DNA of 64,000 nucleotides, taken from the NCBI GenBank assembly GCA_964385605.1, contig CAYLPQ010000004.1:6763-70762 (forward strand), in the 5' to 3' direction. The notes under the pieces were generated by a model. It searched no databases. It was given only the letters and a program-made list of their open reading frames with translations, and was not told the origin of the DNA. The position numbers and the translations under genes were made by a program. Of the stretch, positions 1 through 9,100 are shown one piece after another. Source of the stretch: an uncultured Oscillospiraceae bacterium (lineage in GTDB: Bacteria; Bacillota; Clostridia; UMGS1883). How positions within the stretch are numbered: position 1 is the first letter of the stretch; every line of letters begins with the position of its first letter.

Positions 1-71
1 CTACCGTCACTGTCAATAACGCGAACCTCACTATCCCTGATTTCTTCGTTGATCATCATTTCCTTGCTAAT
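1..71 (-). CDS. infC: translation initiation factor IF-3, 5' fragment (gene continues beyond left edge)
   Basis: Reverse-strand translation from 71 reads (I)SKEMMINEEIRDSEVRVIDSDG, the conserved IF-3 N-terminus. GGAGG lies 7 nt upstream of an ATT codon at 71..69, and infC classically uses an AUU start. In-frame ATG alternatives are at 59 and 56. Absent from the ORF track because it is truncated. Confidence 0.6.
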   Translation of the reverse strand, partial: MSKEMMINEEIRDSEVRVIDSDG

Positions 72-124
72 GGAAAACACCTCCACAAATTAATTAAAGA
101 AGATTGCATAGTATCCTGCACAAC

Positions 125-150
125 AAAAAAGCGGCAGGAGAACCTACCGC
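125..150 (-). terminator. intrinsic terminator inside the infC leader (candidate attenuator)
   Basis: On the minus strand GCGGUAGG-UUCU-CCUGCCGC forms an 8-bp stem; the only non-Watson-Crick pair is U-G on this strand but C-A on the other. It is followed by T6. It lies between the promoter at 247..275 and the infC start. Confidence 0.55.
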
Positions 151-246
151 TACAAAAAACAAGCACAACAAAATGCCTATCATTTATTAACCACACAAGT
201 TAACCCGTGAGGTGAGAAGCGGTAACTTCTACTTCATTGCTTTGAT

Positions 247-275
247 ATTATAACAACATTTATTACGTTTGTCAA
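247..275 (-). promoter_or_regulatory. sigma-A type promoter of the infC operon
   Basis: Minus strand TTGACA (275..270), 17-nt spacer, TATAAT (252..247) with a TGn extension. Both hexamers match consensus perfectly. Confidence 0.65.
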
Positions 276-290
276 CTGTTTTTTGAAAAA

Positions 291-854
291 TTATTCAAGT
301 TCATTACCTTTTGAATCAAAAAGAGGTAATTTTGAAAGATAGACTATATCATCTCTGTCTGCGGCATCCCCCTCTGCAAGAACTGCCGCCTTGCCTACGA
401 TATTACCTCCTACAGCTTCAACAAGCTGTTCAAGAGCCGCAAGCGATTCTCCTGTACTTATAACATCATCGACTATAAGAACGCGCTTTCCCTTCATTTT
501 ATCGGAATCTTCCTTGCCGAGATAAAGCTTCTGCTCACCGTGTGTTGTAATTGAATTAAGTGCAACCTCGGTAATATCACTCATATACACCTTTGGTTTC
601 TTGCGGGCAATTATGTAGTCATTTACACCCATCTGGCGCGCCATTTCATAAATAAGAGGAATACTTTTAGCCTCTGCAGTTATCATTACGTCATGTTCAG
701 GAATTATCTTAACAAGCTCCCTTGCGCAGTTTACCGTCAGTTCAACATCGCCGAATATAATAAATGCCGCAATTGTAATTTTGTCGTTAACAGGAAACAT
801 CGGAAGCTTCCTTTTTATACCCGCAACTTCTATTTCATAACTCATCTTGTCCAT
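291..854 (-). CDS. type I phosphoribosyltransferase family protein (purine PRT-like)
   Basis: 187 aa. PRPP-binding loop VLIVDDVISTGESL. AAGGAG lies upstream of the ATG. Confidence 0.8.
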   Translation of the reverse strand: MDKMSYEIEVAGIKRKLPMFPVNDKITIAAFIIFGDVELTVNCARELVKIIPEHDVMITAEAKSIPLIYEMARQMGVNDYIIARKKPKVYMSDITEVALNSITTHGEQKLYLGKEDSDKMKGKRVLIVDDVISTGESLAALEQLVEAVGGNIVGKAAVLAEGDAADRDDIVYLSKLPLFDSKGNELE

Positions 855-2418
855 TTTTCTGTTTCTCCTTTTTAGATTTTTTGACTAAATAATATAACAA
901 CACCGCTATCAAGGCTGTTACCGATATGGCAACGATAGTATATGTAGTCTTTTTCATAACAGAAAGTTCTTTTTTCGACTGTTGAAGATTTATCCAGCCT
1001 TTCTTGCCGTCAATTTCTGTATATCCCCATCTGTCTTTACCTGTAGTTACTATCCGGGTAACCGTAAATCTTGAACCGCCTTTTACATCCAGGATTTTCC
1101 GGCTGTTACACAGCTCATTCTCCGTAGGAAGACTCATAAGAACTGCATCCTGATTTATCACATATCCCTGTTTTTCCTCCAGTGGATTCACCGAAACAGC
1201 TTCCTCGTAGTCACTTGTAAGATACTTTTTGTCTACCCAACCCGAGGCAAAACCGCATCTTATATACCTAAATTCGTTTTTCTCTGCAATAATTTCCACT
1301 TCCACACATTCGGGAATAGTCGTTACAAGCTCTTTCTTATCCCAGGATGCATACATTTTAGCCCCGGTGTTTTTTTCTCCTGAAATATATCCTTTTATAA
1401 ACTCGTCAAAAACATCTGCAAAATTGTCTGTCTCCTGCGCATCAGGCAAAGCACTTTCAGGAGGAATCCACCCTATCACACCGTCATGATTTATGAGTAA
1501 CCATCCGTTAAAGGTTACCCTTTGTACAAACATCCGTTTCCCAACTTCTATACTGCCAATAACAACGGCTCCGTCAACCTGTGAATCGGAGGGAATATTA
1601 TAAATATCCGCAGTCTTTTCAGCTACATATTCTTCGTTCACTTCAATACCGGTATTCGCCTGTGCATCTGCAAGGGATTTTGTGGTATCCGACACCTTGA
1701 CCCATCCGTTAATACCATCATAAGAAGTGTAAAGATAATCACCTTTTGTTTCCCTTACAGTAAGCTTTGTGCAATCCGGAATAACTCTTAAAACAGAACT
1801 TTTACGGCTTTGCAGATAAAGATTTGTTCCCTGTTTATTCTCTGAAAGGGTGTAAACGTAATATATACCGAGGTTTGAAATCTGCTCCTCAGTTTCAGTT
1901 TTATACGGAACAGTATTTTCAACCTGAACCCACACATAATCGCCGCTCATAGGAACAAGTGCCCATCCGGAGTCAGTTTCTCTCACGATTTTGAGCACAG
2001 TTCCGGCAGGAACAGAATACTTCTCTTCACTGCCCTTTTTCTCCTCTGTTGAAGGGAGACTGTATAGAACTGTTTTCTGCAAACCTGAATGCGTAGCAAC
2101 ATTTTTTACAGAGTCATAACCCGTCGCCTCCGCCGCCAGTTCATAAGAATCCCGCGTAAAGCTCAAATTCACCCATCCGGTTCTGTTATCAATACTCACA
2201 AGTCCCCAGGTATCTTCCTTTTTTATAAGGTTCATTTCCGTGCACGAGGGAACAACTTCAAGCACAAAGCTTTCCTTCTCCGGGGATATATGTATGGAAA
2301 TCTCCCCCGAAGAGGAGGCTCCGAACACCGTCTTTTCAGCAGATACAGAAAAAGCTGTAAGCATAATCAGAGACACTGCTATAAATATCAGACACAAAAA
2401 CTTTTTCATTGTTCTCAC
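835..2418 (-). CDS. SH3b-repeat protein with signal peptide and C-terminal transmembrane anchor
   Basis: 527 aa. N-terminal signal sequence. Repeated GW(V/I)N/GWVKV/GWIP SH3b-like motifs. C-terminal hydrophobic helix followed by a basic tail. Overlaps the downstream PRT gene by 20 nt. Confidence 0.7.
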   Translation of the reverse strand: MRTMKKFLCLIFIAVSLIMLTAFSVSAEKTVFGASSSGEISIHISPEKESFVLEVVPSCTEMNLIKKEDTWGLVSIDNRTGWVNLSFTRDSYELAAEATGYDSVKNVATHSGLQKTVLYSLPSTEEKKGSEEKYSVPAGTVLKIVRETDSGWALVPMSGDYVWVQVENTVPYKTETEEQISNLGIYYVYTLSENKQGTNLYLQSRKSSVLRVIPDCTKLTVRETKGDYLYTSYDGINGWVKVSDTTKSLADAQANTGIEVNEEYVAEKTADIYNIPSDSQVDGAVVIGSIEVGKRMFVQRVTFNGWLLINHDGVIGWIPPESALPDAQETDNFADVFDEFIKGYISGEKNTGAKMYASWDKKELVTTIPECVEVEIIAEKNEFRYIRCGFASGWVDKKYLTSDYEEAVSVNPLEEKQGYVINQDAVLMSLPTENELCNSRKILDVKGGSRFTVTRIVTTGKDRWGYTEIDGKKGWINLQQSKKELSVMKKTTYTIVAISVTALIAVLLYYLVKKSKKEKQKNGQDEL

Positions 2419-2661
2419 CTATGATTTTAATTATAAACGTCCACCTGTTTATTTTATATCATCCTCTTAAAAAAGTCAATACGGAAGCTCTCCCTGAAAT
2501 TTCTTTACTTTAAAAAGCATGCCGAGTCTGCCTCATGTCGCGTACAACAAAAGTGCAGTCACAGCTTCACGCACGATAATTTTGCACAGACTTCCTATGT
2601 AGTAAAAATGAATGCCGTAAAGCCTATGCAAGCTCTACGGCATTTATTCTTATGAAATTGA

Positions 2662-2865
2662 TTATTTGTCAGCCAAATATTCATTAAGCTTTGCAACAAG
2701 TGCGTCTGCATCTGCACCGTGAACAGCGCAAGCCTCTTCAATAGACTCACCACTTGCAGAAGGACAACCGAGACAGTGCATACCGATTTCAAGGAAGAAC
2801 GGCGCTGTACCTCTGTCCATCTGAAGGACATCAAGAATAATAGTGTCTTTTGTTACTTTAGCCAT
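2662..2865 (-). CDS. small redox-disulfide protein (DUF1858 / hybrid-cluster-protein-associated type)
   Basis: 67 aa. Contains the family motif GMHCLGCPSASGESIEEA. Confidence 0.7.
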   Translation of the reverse strand: MAKVTKDTIILDVLQMDRGTAPFFLEIGMHCLGCPSASGESIEEACAVHGADADALVAKLNEYLADK

Positions 2866-2986
2866 GAGAACACCTCCCCTAAAACATTTGCTTAAAATTA
2901 TTATATACTATCTATTCAGATTTTACAATGTTTTTTTGAGAAATAATCTCAAGTTTTAGAGTAAAGCATTTTTTAATACAAAACTA

Positions 2987-3014
2987 TTGATTTTTTAATT
3001 TTTTATGTTATAAT
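2987..3014 (+). promoter_or_regulatory. promoter of tRNA-Leu
   Basis: TTGATT (2987..2992), 16-nt spacer, TGtTATAAT extended -10 (3006..3014). The tRNA 5' end lies 13 nt downstream. Confidence 0.55.
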
Positions 3015-3026
3015 ATAATGGTATCA

Positions 3027-3113
3027 GCCGATGTGATGGAATTGGCAGACGTAACGGACTCAAAATCCGTCGGTGGCAACACCGTGCGGGTTCGACTCCC
3101 GCCATCGGCACCA
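3027..3113 (+). tRNA. tRNA-Leu (anticodon CAA), class II with long variable arm, CCA encoded
   Basis: Acceptor stem GCCGATG/CATCGGC. Anticodon stem ACGGA/TCCGT with loop CTCAAAA. Variable arm CGGTG-GCAA-CACCG. T arm GCGGG-TTCGACT-CCCGC. Ends in ACCA. Confidence 0.93.
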
Positions 3114-3119
3114 TAAAAA

Positions 3120-3155
3120 GGCAATCTGCTTCGCAAGAAGTAGGTTGTCTTTTTA
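3120..3155 (+). terminator. intrinsic terminator after tRNA-Leu
   Basis: 13-bp stem (3 G-U pairs) closing a GCAA tetraloop, followed by T5. Confidence 0.65.
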
Positions 3156-3292
3156 TTATACATTAAGAAGGGAGTCGAACCCTGTGAGAGCAAAAGGCAT
3201 TAAGAAAACGATTATCAATCGTTTTTAGGCTTTTGGTGCGCTTACCGGTACCGAAATGCGTCAGCATTTGGGTGGTCAAGCAAGCAAAGCAC

Positions 3293-3327
3293 GTAGCGGT
3301 TGTCTCCCGCCATCAGCACCATAAAAA
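3293..3327 (+). repeat. duplicated 3' end of tRNA-Leu (degenerate T arm, acceptor 3' strand, CCA and 6 nt of trailer)
   Basis: CTCCCGCCATCaGCACCATAAAAA matches 3097..3120 of the intact tRNA and its trailer with one mismatch. A degenerate T-arm remnant lies upstream. No 5' half is present. Confidence 0.6.
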
Positions 3328-3412
3328 AGAAGTGTGCCGCTTCACCCATTTTGCAGTTTTACCCTGTGCAAACATAGTTTCCTGCGTATTAGTTTGTCGC
3401 AATTTCCTATAC

Positions 3413-3444
3413 TGCAAAAAACGGGACGGCCTTTAGGCCGTCCC
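3413..3444 (-). terminator. intrinsic terminator downstream of nfnB
   Basis: GGGACGGCC-TTTA-GGCCGTCCC hairpin, followed by T6 on the minus strand. Confidence 0.75.
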
Positions 3445-3456
3445 CTACTATAAAAC

Positions 3457-4866
3457 TCATTTTAAATATTCATCTATTGCCTTTGCCGCTACCTTACCTG
3501 CACCCATTGCAGAAATTACCGTTGCGGCACCTGTTACCGCATCACCGCCGGCATACACTCCGTTCCGCGAAGTGAGACCGTCCTCGTTTACCACAATTCC
3601 ACCTTTTTTATTAACCTCAAGTCCGTCTGTTGTAGACTTGATAAGGGGATTAGGCGACGTACCGATTGACATTATAACGGTGTCTACCTCGATTTCAAAC
3701 TCACTGCCGGGAATTTCAACAGGTCTGCGACGACCTCTTTCATCCGGCTCACCAAGCTCCATTTTTATACATCTTATACCCGTCACAAAGCCGTTTCTTT
3801 CGTCACGTGTGTTGTCAGGATTGCTATATCCGAGGATTTCTACGGGCGAGCAGAGAAGATTGAACTCTACTCCCTCCTCCATTGCGTGCTCTACCTCTTC
3901 TTTTCTTGCAGGAAGCTCATCCATTGAACGGCGGTATACGATATACACCTTTTCCGCACCGAGGCGGAGAGCAGTTCTTGCCGCATCCATTGCCACATTT
4001 CCACCGCCCACAACGGCAACCTTGCCACCTTTCATAATCGGTGTATCAGGGTTTTCACGGTATGCTTTCATAAGGTTGCTTCTTGTAAGATATTCGTTTG
4101 CTGAATAAACACCCTTAAGTGATTCTCCGGGAATGTTCATAAACATAGGAAGCCCTGCACCCGAACCAATAAATACTGCCTCGTATCCCATATCAAAAAG
4201 TTCATCTACGGTCAGGGTTTTTCCTATAACAACATTTGTCTGTATTTCCACACCAAGTGCTTTGAGAGACTGAACCTCTTTCTTAACAATAGCTTTGGGA
4301 AGTCTGAATTCGGGAATGCCGTATACAAGCACTCCGCCCGCCGTGTGAAGTGCCTCAAATACGGTTACACCGTAGCCTTTCTTTGCAAGGTCTCCTGCAC
4401 AGGTGAGACCTGACGGGCCTGAACCTACTACTGCAACCTTGTGACCGTTACTTTCAGGCTTTACGGGAGGCTCTGTTGCAAATGTATTGTGCCAGTCAGC
4501 AACAAACCTTTCAAGTCTGCCGATACCCACAGATTCACCCTTGATACCGCGGACACACTTTGCCTCGCACTGGTTTTCCTGGGGGCATACTCTGCCACAC
4601 ACCGCAGGAAGTGATGAGGATTGTGTTATAATCTGATATGCACCCTCAAAGTCACCATCCTTTATCTTTGCAATAAATTCAGGAATATGGATATTAACGG
4701 GGCAACCCGTTACGCAAGGCATATGCTTGCAGTTGAGACAACGCATAGCTTCATCAATTGCCGCCTCTTCGCTATAGCCGAGAGCTACTTCATCGAAATT
4801 ACGGGCACGCACAATGGGGTCCTGAACGGGCATTTCGTTTCTTTTAACAGACATATTAGCCATCAC
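3457..4866 (-). CDS. nfnB: NADH-dependent reduced ferredoxin:NADP oxidoreductase large subunit (GltD-like, homotetrameric glutamate-synthase type)
   Basis: 469 aa. N-terminal 4Fe-4S cysteine motifs (CLNCKHMPCVTGCP, CGRVCPQENQCEAKC). Two Rossmann GxGxxG motifs (VVGSGPSG, VVGGGNVAMD). Start overlaps the stop of the upstream PyrK-like partner gene by 4 nt. Confidence 0.85.
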   Translation of the reverse strand: MMANMSVKRNEMPVQDPIVRARNFDEVALGYSEEAAIDEAMRCLNCKHMPCVTGCPVNIHIPEFIAKIKDGDFEGAYQIITQSSSLPAVCGRVCPQENQCEAKCVRGIKGESVGIGRLERFVADWHNTFATEPPVKPESNGHKVAVVGSGPSGLTCAGDLAKKGYGVTVFEALHTAGGVLVYGIPEFRLPKAIVKKEVQSLKALGVEIQTNVVIGKTLTVDELFDMGYEAVFIGSGAGLPMFMNIPGESLKGVYSANEYLTRSNLMKAYRENPDTPIMKGGKVAVVGGGNVAMDAARTALRLGAEKVYIVYRRSMDELPARKEEVEHAMEEGVEFNLLCSPVEILGYSNPDNTRDERNGFVTGIRCIKMELGEPDERGRRRPVEIPGSEFEIEVDTVIMSIGTSPNPLIKSTTDGLEVNKKGGIVVNEDGLTSRNGVYAGGDAVTGAATVISAMGAGKVAAKAIDEYLK

Positions 4867-5717
4867 TGCACCTCCTTACTGTAGAGGTTACAGGTGTTTT
4901 CATAAGCATGGTGTTCAAACTCGCCATACATTCTGCCTCTGGACATAGCCTCATCGAAATCAACCTCATATCCGTCAAAATCAGGACCGTCAACACAGGC
5001 AAACTTTGTAACCTTTTCGCCGTTTTTATTAAGAGTAAGTCTGCATCCTCCGCACATACCGGTACCGTCAATCATTATGGGATTCATAGATACTGTAACC
5101 GGCACACCGAAAGGCTTTGCAGTCAATGTAACAAATTTCATCATAATAAGAGGGCCGATAGTGATAATCATATCAAAAACTTCCCCGTCCTCAAGCATTT
5201 TCTTAAGGGGGATTGTAACATTACCCTCTTCCCCGTAAGAGCCGTCATCCGTCATAATAACAATGCGGTCAGAGCAAGCCTTGAACTCATCCTCTAAAAT
5301 AACTATATCCTTATTTCTGAAACCAATTATGGAAGTAACCTCTGCTCCCATTTCGTGCAGTTTCTGTGCAACGGGCATAGCAATGGCACATCCTACTCCG
5401 CCGCCTACTATACAGACCTTTTTGAGTCCATCAAGATGCGTCGCAGTGCCAAGAGGGCCTACGAAGTCCTGAATATAATCGTCTGCTCTTTTTTCAGCAA
5501 GCTTTTTCGTGGTTGAACCGACTGTCTGAAAAATTATCTTCACACTGCCCTTTTCTGCATCAGCACCCGCAACAGTGAGAGGAATCCTCTCCCCCTCCTC
5601 GTCAACACGGAGGATAATGAACTGTCCCGGCTGTGCCTTTTTTGCAACAAGAGGTGCTTCAATATTCATTTCTGTAACAGAAGGGTTCAAAACCCTCTTT
5701 TCTAAAATTCTGTACAT
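4863..5717 (-). CDS. nfnA: NfnA, ferredoxin-NADP reductase-like small subunit (PyrK/sulfide dehydrogenase type)
   Basis: Family-typical start MYRILEKRVLNP with a GGAG RBS. C-terminal 2Fe-2S motif CGGCR. The track ORF from 5816 adds 33 aa that run through a tandem DNA repeat, so I trimmed the start to the ATG at 5717. Confidence 0.85.
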   Translation of the reverse strand: MYRILEKRVLNPSVTEMNIEAPLVAKKAQPGQFIILRVDEEGERIPLTVAGADAEKGSVKIIFQTVGSTTKKLAEKRADDYIQDFVGPLGTATHLDGLKKVCIVGGGVGCAIAMPVAQKLHEMGAEVTSIIGFRNKDIVILEDEFKACSDRIVIMTDDGSYGEEGNVTIPLKKMLEDGEVFDMIITIGPLIMMKFVTLTAKPFGVPVTVSMNPIMIDGTGMCGGCRLTLNKNGEKVTKFACVDGPDFDGYEVDFDEAMSRGRMYGEFEHHAYENTCNLYSKEVQ

Positions 5718-5760
5718 TGTAAAGACTCCAATTTTTTTATTCTTATTACCGAAAGGCAAT

Positions 5761-5805
5761 ATATCGAATGCGTCAGCATATATCGAATGCGTCAGCATAT
5801 ATCGA
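5761..5805. repeat. tandem direct repeat, 19-bp unit ATATCGAATGCGTCAGCAT x 2.4
   Basis: Two exact copies at 5761..5779 and 5780..5798, plus a partial third. Located 44-88 nt upstream of the nfnA start. Confidence 0.9.
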
Positions 5806-5949
5806 TTAAAATGCAAAGCATCTTAAATAGGTATTTATTCATTATACATCACTATTTATTAAAAATCAACCTGTTCAGGAATAAAAACAGACTGTTTTAT
5901 TAATTTACACTGTCATTTTCCTTAATATAAATCCGTTAAATGGAAAAGG

Positions 5950-5979
5950 CAATTAAGTAACCTTTTGGTTACTTAATTG
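5950..5979. repeat. perfect 13-bp stem / 4-nt loop palindrome
   Basis: CAATTAAGTAACC-TTTT-GGTTACTTAATTG. No flanking T-run. Confidence 0.8.
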
Positions 5980-6020
5980 TAATATATTCTTGCGTATTTG
6001 TCAATCAAAAATCGGTCAAA

Positions 6021-6071
6021 GCATAAAATTCCCCAATTTGGGGACAGTCCCCAAATTGGGGAATTTTATGC
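6021..6071. terminator. 51-nt near-perfect palindrome (25-bp arms), likely terminator of the 1170-aa gene; member of a two-copy palindrome family
   Basis: GCATAAAATTCCCCAATTTGGGGAC-A-GTCCCCAAATTGGGGAATTTTATGC. Lies 76 nt downstream of the stop at 6147. Shares the GGGGACAGTCCCC centre and 16/21 arm positions with 41026..41068. Confidence 0.6.
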
Positions 6072-6146
6072 TCTAAACAAAGCTTTAAGAAAATGAGAAA
6101 AGAGATTCGCCCTTTCGGACGAATCTCTTTAATTATGCTTTTATTA

Positions 6147-9100
6147 TCAGTCGTGAAGTTCTGTGTTAGCATATGCAAGAGGTGTGATACCATCCGCATC
6201 TACAACGAAGATCTTAATCTGGTCGTAAGCTGCTGACTCCTTGGGATTTGCAGTACTGAGATTGTTAACAAGACCATTTGCTTCGTCATAACGGTCGCCT
6301 GTACCTGTCTCATCATCCCATGCTGCTGTTTCAGCAAAGTCAACAACACCTGCACCTACAAGCTTATCACCGAGGTATTTAGCTACGATAAGCTTTTCTG
6401 TACCTGCTGCACCTTCAATCCAAGCACCGTTGAGGCAGGCAGCTGAACCAAGTGCAAGGGCGCGGATTGAAACGGGAGCAACAAGTCTTGTAAATGTCTT
6501 AGACTCTGTAATACCGTTAGCAGTTGCTGTAACTGTCATTGTTACTTCCTTGGGAGAAGCTACATTGATTTCTGTTGCAGCCTGACCGTCAACTGTCCAT
6601 GCGATTGCGGGACCGTCTGTTACATATGTGTAACCTGCGGGATTTGCAGCCTTAAGAGCGCCCGATTCATCAAGGTCTCTGTTGAAGAGAGTGCCTGATA
6701 ACCACCATGACTTACCGATTGTCATAGCAGGAAGTGCACAGTTTGTAAGAACAGGCTTGTTATAAGTTGAAGCATAATCGAAGAGTGCTGCATTAAGAGC
6801 TGCATCTACTTCTACAGCATTCTGGTCGTTGTACTTTTTGAGTGTAATATTGTCAGCCCAGATTTCGCCTGTACCACTTAATTCAAGCGAGTAACCTCGG
6901 ATAGCGCTACCACCGTTTGCAGTAAGCTTCATATTAGCCTGAAGGATGGGAAGCTCGTTAAGGAGCTGACCATCAATGTAAACATACATTGTCTGAGAAA
7001 GAACGTTGTGGTCAACCATTACATTAACCCATTCTCCCTCGCCCTTTTCAATAACACTCTGGGGCATATCAAAGTACAATACCCCGCCAGAAGCAACAGA
7101 AAGAAATTTAGCTGCTGCTTCTACCTGTGCTACAGTTGAGTTTATGTGAATTTTTCCGGTGTTGTAATTGAAATAAATGTTTATACCGTTATAACCGGCA
7201 ATAGTCTTGAAGCTGATAGCACCTGAACTGCCAGCAGCACCGTTGTGTGTATACTTAACATCAGCGCTGATAACAACTCTGTCCTTACAGGTACCACCGT
7301 CAATAGTTGAGATAGCCCCGGTTGCCCAATGTTCGGTTGTTGTATTATTAAGGTGAATTACGTTACCGTGTGCAGCATCATCTGCTACGATTTCGGCATT
7401 ACTACCTGTTGATGTAGTAGTATCTGTGAAATCAATAGTATTAACAAGAGTTGTACCATCTGCAACAGGAACAGCAAATGTAACTGTATCACTTACATCG
7501 CCTGCTGTGATTGTAGCAGTCATATTAGCAACAAGGTTTGCGCCCACAGAAGCAAGCTTCGCTAATGTACCGTCATTTGTGATATAAGTTGCGTTATCCG
7601 ATGTCCAGTTAATTGCAACACCGAATGTTGTAAGGTCGTAATCTGCATATCCGTTGTCAAGGTCAAGCTGGTTGCCAACTTCAGAAACTGTACCAATTTC
7701 AGAAGCTTCAACAAGATCCTTAAAGAAAGCAACCTTCTCTGCATCTGAAAGTGTTGCAAGAACGTCAGATTTATCTAATTCTTTATAAAGCTTAATATCA
7801 TCAGCATCAAAAAAGTTGTTAATCTTTGTAACTGTAGCTGCATCTGTTGAGTCAGCATTGTAACGTCCCTTGAAGCTTACAAGTGCAGATGTGATATTTG
7901 CAGGAACTGCCTTGTATGTTTTGTGTGTGCCAACAAGCTGATCATTAATATAACATCTTACAGAGTAACCTGTGTCAACTTCTGCATTTGCATATACCTC
8001 ACACTTGATTGTGTACCAAGTATCCGCAGTAATATTCTTATCTGATCTTGCTGCGCCCGCACCGTGATAATCGTCCCATCCCTTGTCATAGTCATGGTCA
8101 TAGAGATAATCGTTGTAGTAAGAGAATGCTGCAATTTCAAGATCGTTAAGTTCAAGAGTCCAGTTCATAAGACCTGCCTTTACAGGCGCCTTAACCTTTG
8201 CCTCAAAAACAAGTGTTTCACCTGCTGCAAGAGATGCGGGGTATGACTGGAATGTATATTTGGGAACTGATCCGGTGGGCTGATATGCATTAGTTCCGAT
8301 ACGATAGAATTTGTTACCGTTTGCTTCCTGCATTACAGTCATGCTTTCCCACGTTTTGATTGAAGAAGGTGTCCAGCCTGTTGCACCAACGAAGCTGCCT
8401 ACTGCAAGGTTTTCTGCATCTGCAACCTCAGAAACGAATGACTGTGTAAGGGGAAGAACGTATGCAGTATATGTCTTAACAACGTCCTCTGCACCTTCCA
8501 CTGAAAGTGTACCTGTAACAGTAACTGTTGCTGCCTCTGAAATGGGGCGATTAACTGTACCGTCTGCAGCAATTACTGCAGGATTTGATGAAGCCCATGT
8601 AAGAGTTACACCGTCCACAAGCTCTTCACCGGGAGTGAAGTTAAGGTTTGTTGTAAGAGCTGCAAGGTTACCCTCACCTACAACATAGTCTTCTTCAAGA
8701 TACTGTGAATAGTAAGCTGACTTATCTGCAGCGCTTGCATTTGCAAGAACAGTTTCTGCAGGAACAGGCTGATACTCAACCCAGTTATCAATGCTGTAGT
8801 TACCTGTTGCACCATCAGATGCATCTACGATTGTTATGTTTGTAATAACAACCTTTTTAACGTCTGCTGCTGTGTTTTCATCTGTGAAAGTACCCTTTTC
8901 GAAAAGGTTGTTGGCAGAAAGCACTCCGTTACCGTAGAAGTCACCTGTAAGGGGATTGTACTTAATTTCAACATTGCTCTTTCTGTAGGCACCCATCCAG
9001 TAACCGCCCCAACCATTTGAAGCAAGTCTTGAAACAGTCTGACCGGAAATTGCACCAACCTTAGTACCTTCTGCGTTGTATTTCACAGCATCGATTCTAA

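Noticed and set aside
3160-3260. I considered a minus-strand tRNA, suggested by GGGTTCGACTCCC (a T-arm-like sequence) at 3170..3182.
   Set aside because: No complementary acceptor stem, D arm or anticodon arm can be folded around it. It is only an isolated fragment.
5761-5805. I considered whether this repeat, or any other in the window, is a CRISPR array.
   Set aside because: It has only 2.4 contiguous copies of a 19-bp unit with no spacers. There are no cas genes and no other regularly spaced repeats in the window.
5718-5816. The track gives N-terminal extensions for several ORFs: nfnA from 5816, pyk from 38892, topB from 43202, dipeptidase from 44192, permease from 32598, AI-2E from 63731, exonuclease from 40339, and the hypothetical from 47852.
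   Set aside because: Family-typical N-termini begin at internal ATGs, most of them (not topB) preceded by good Shine-Dalgarno sequences. The extensions run through promoters, a tandem repeat, or neighbouring genes.
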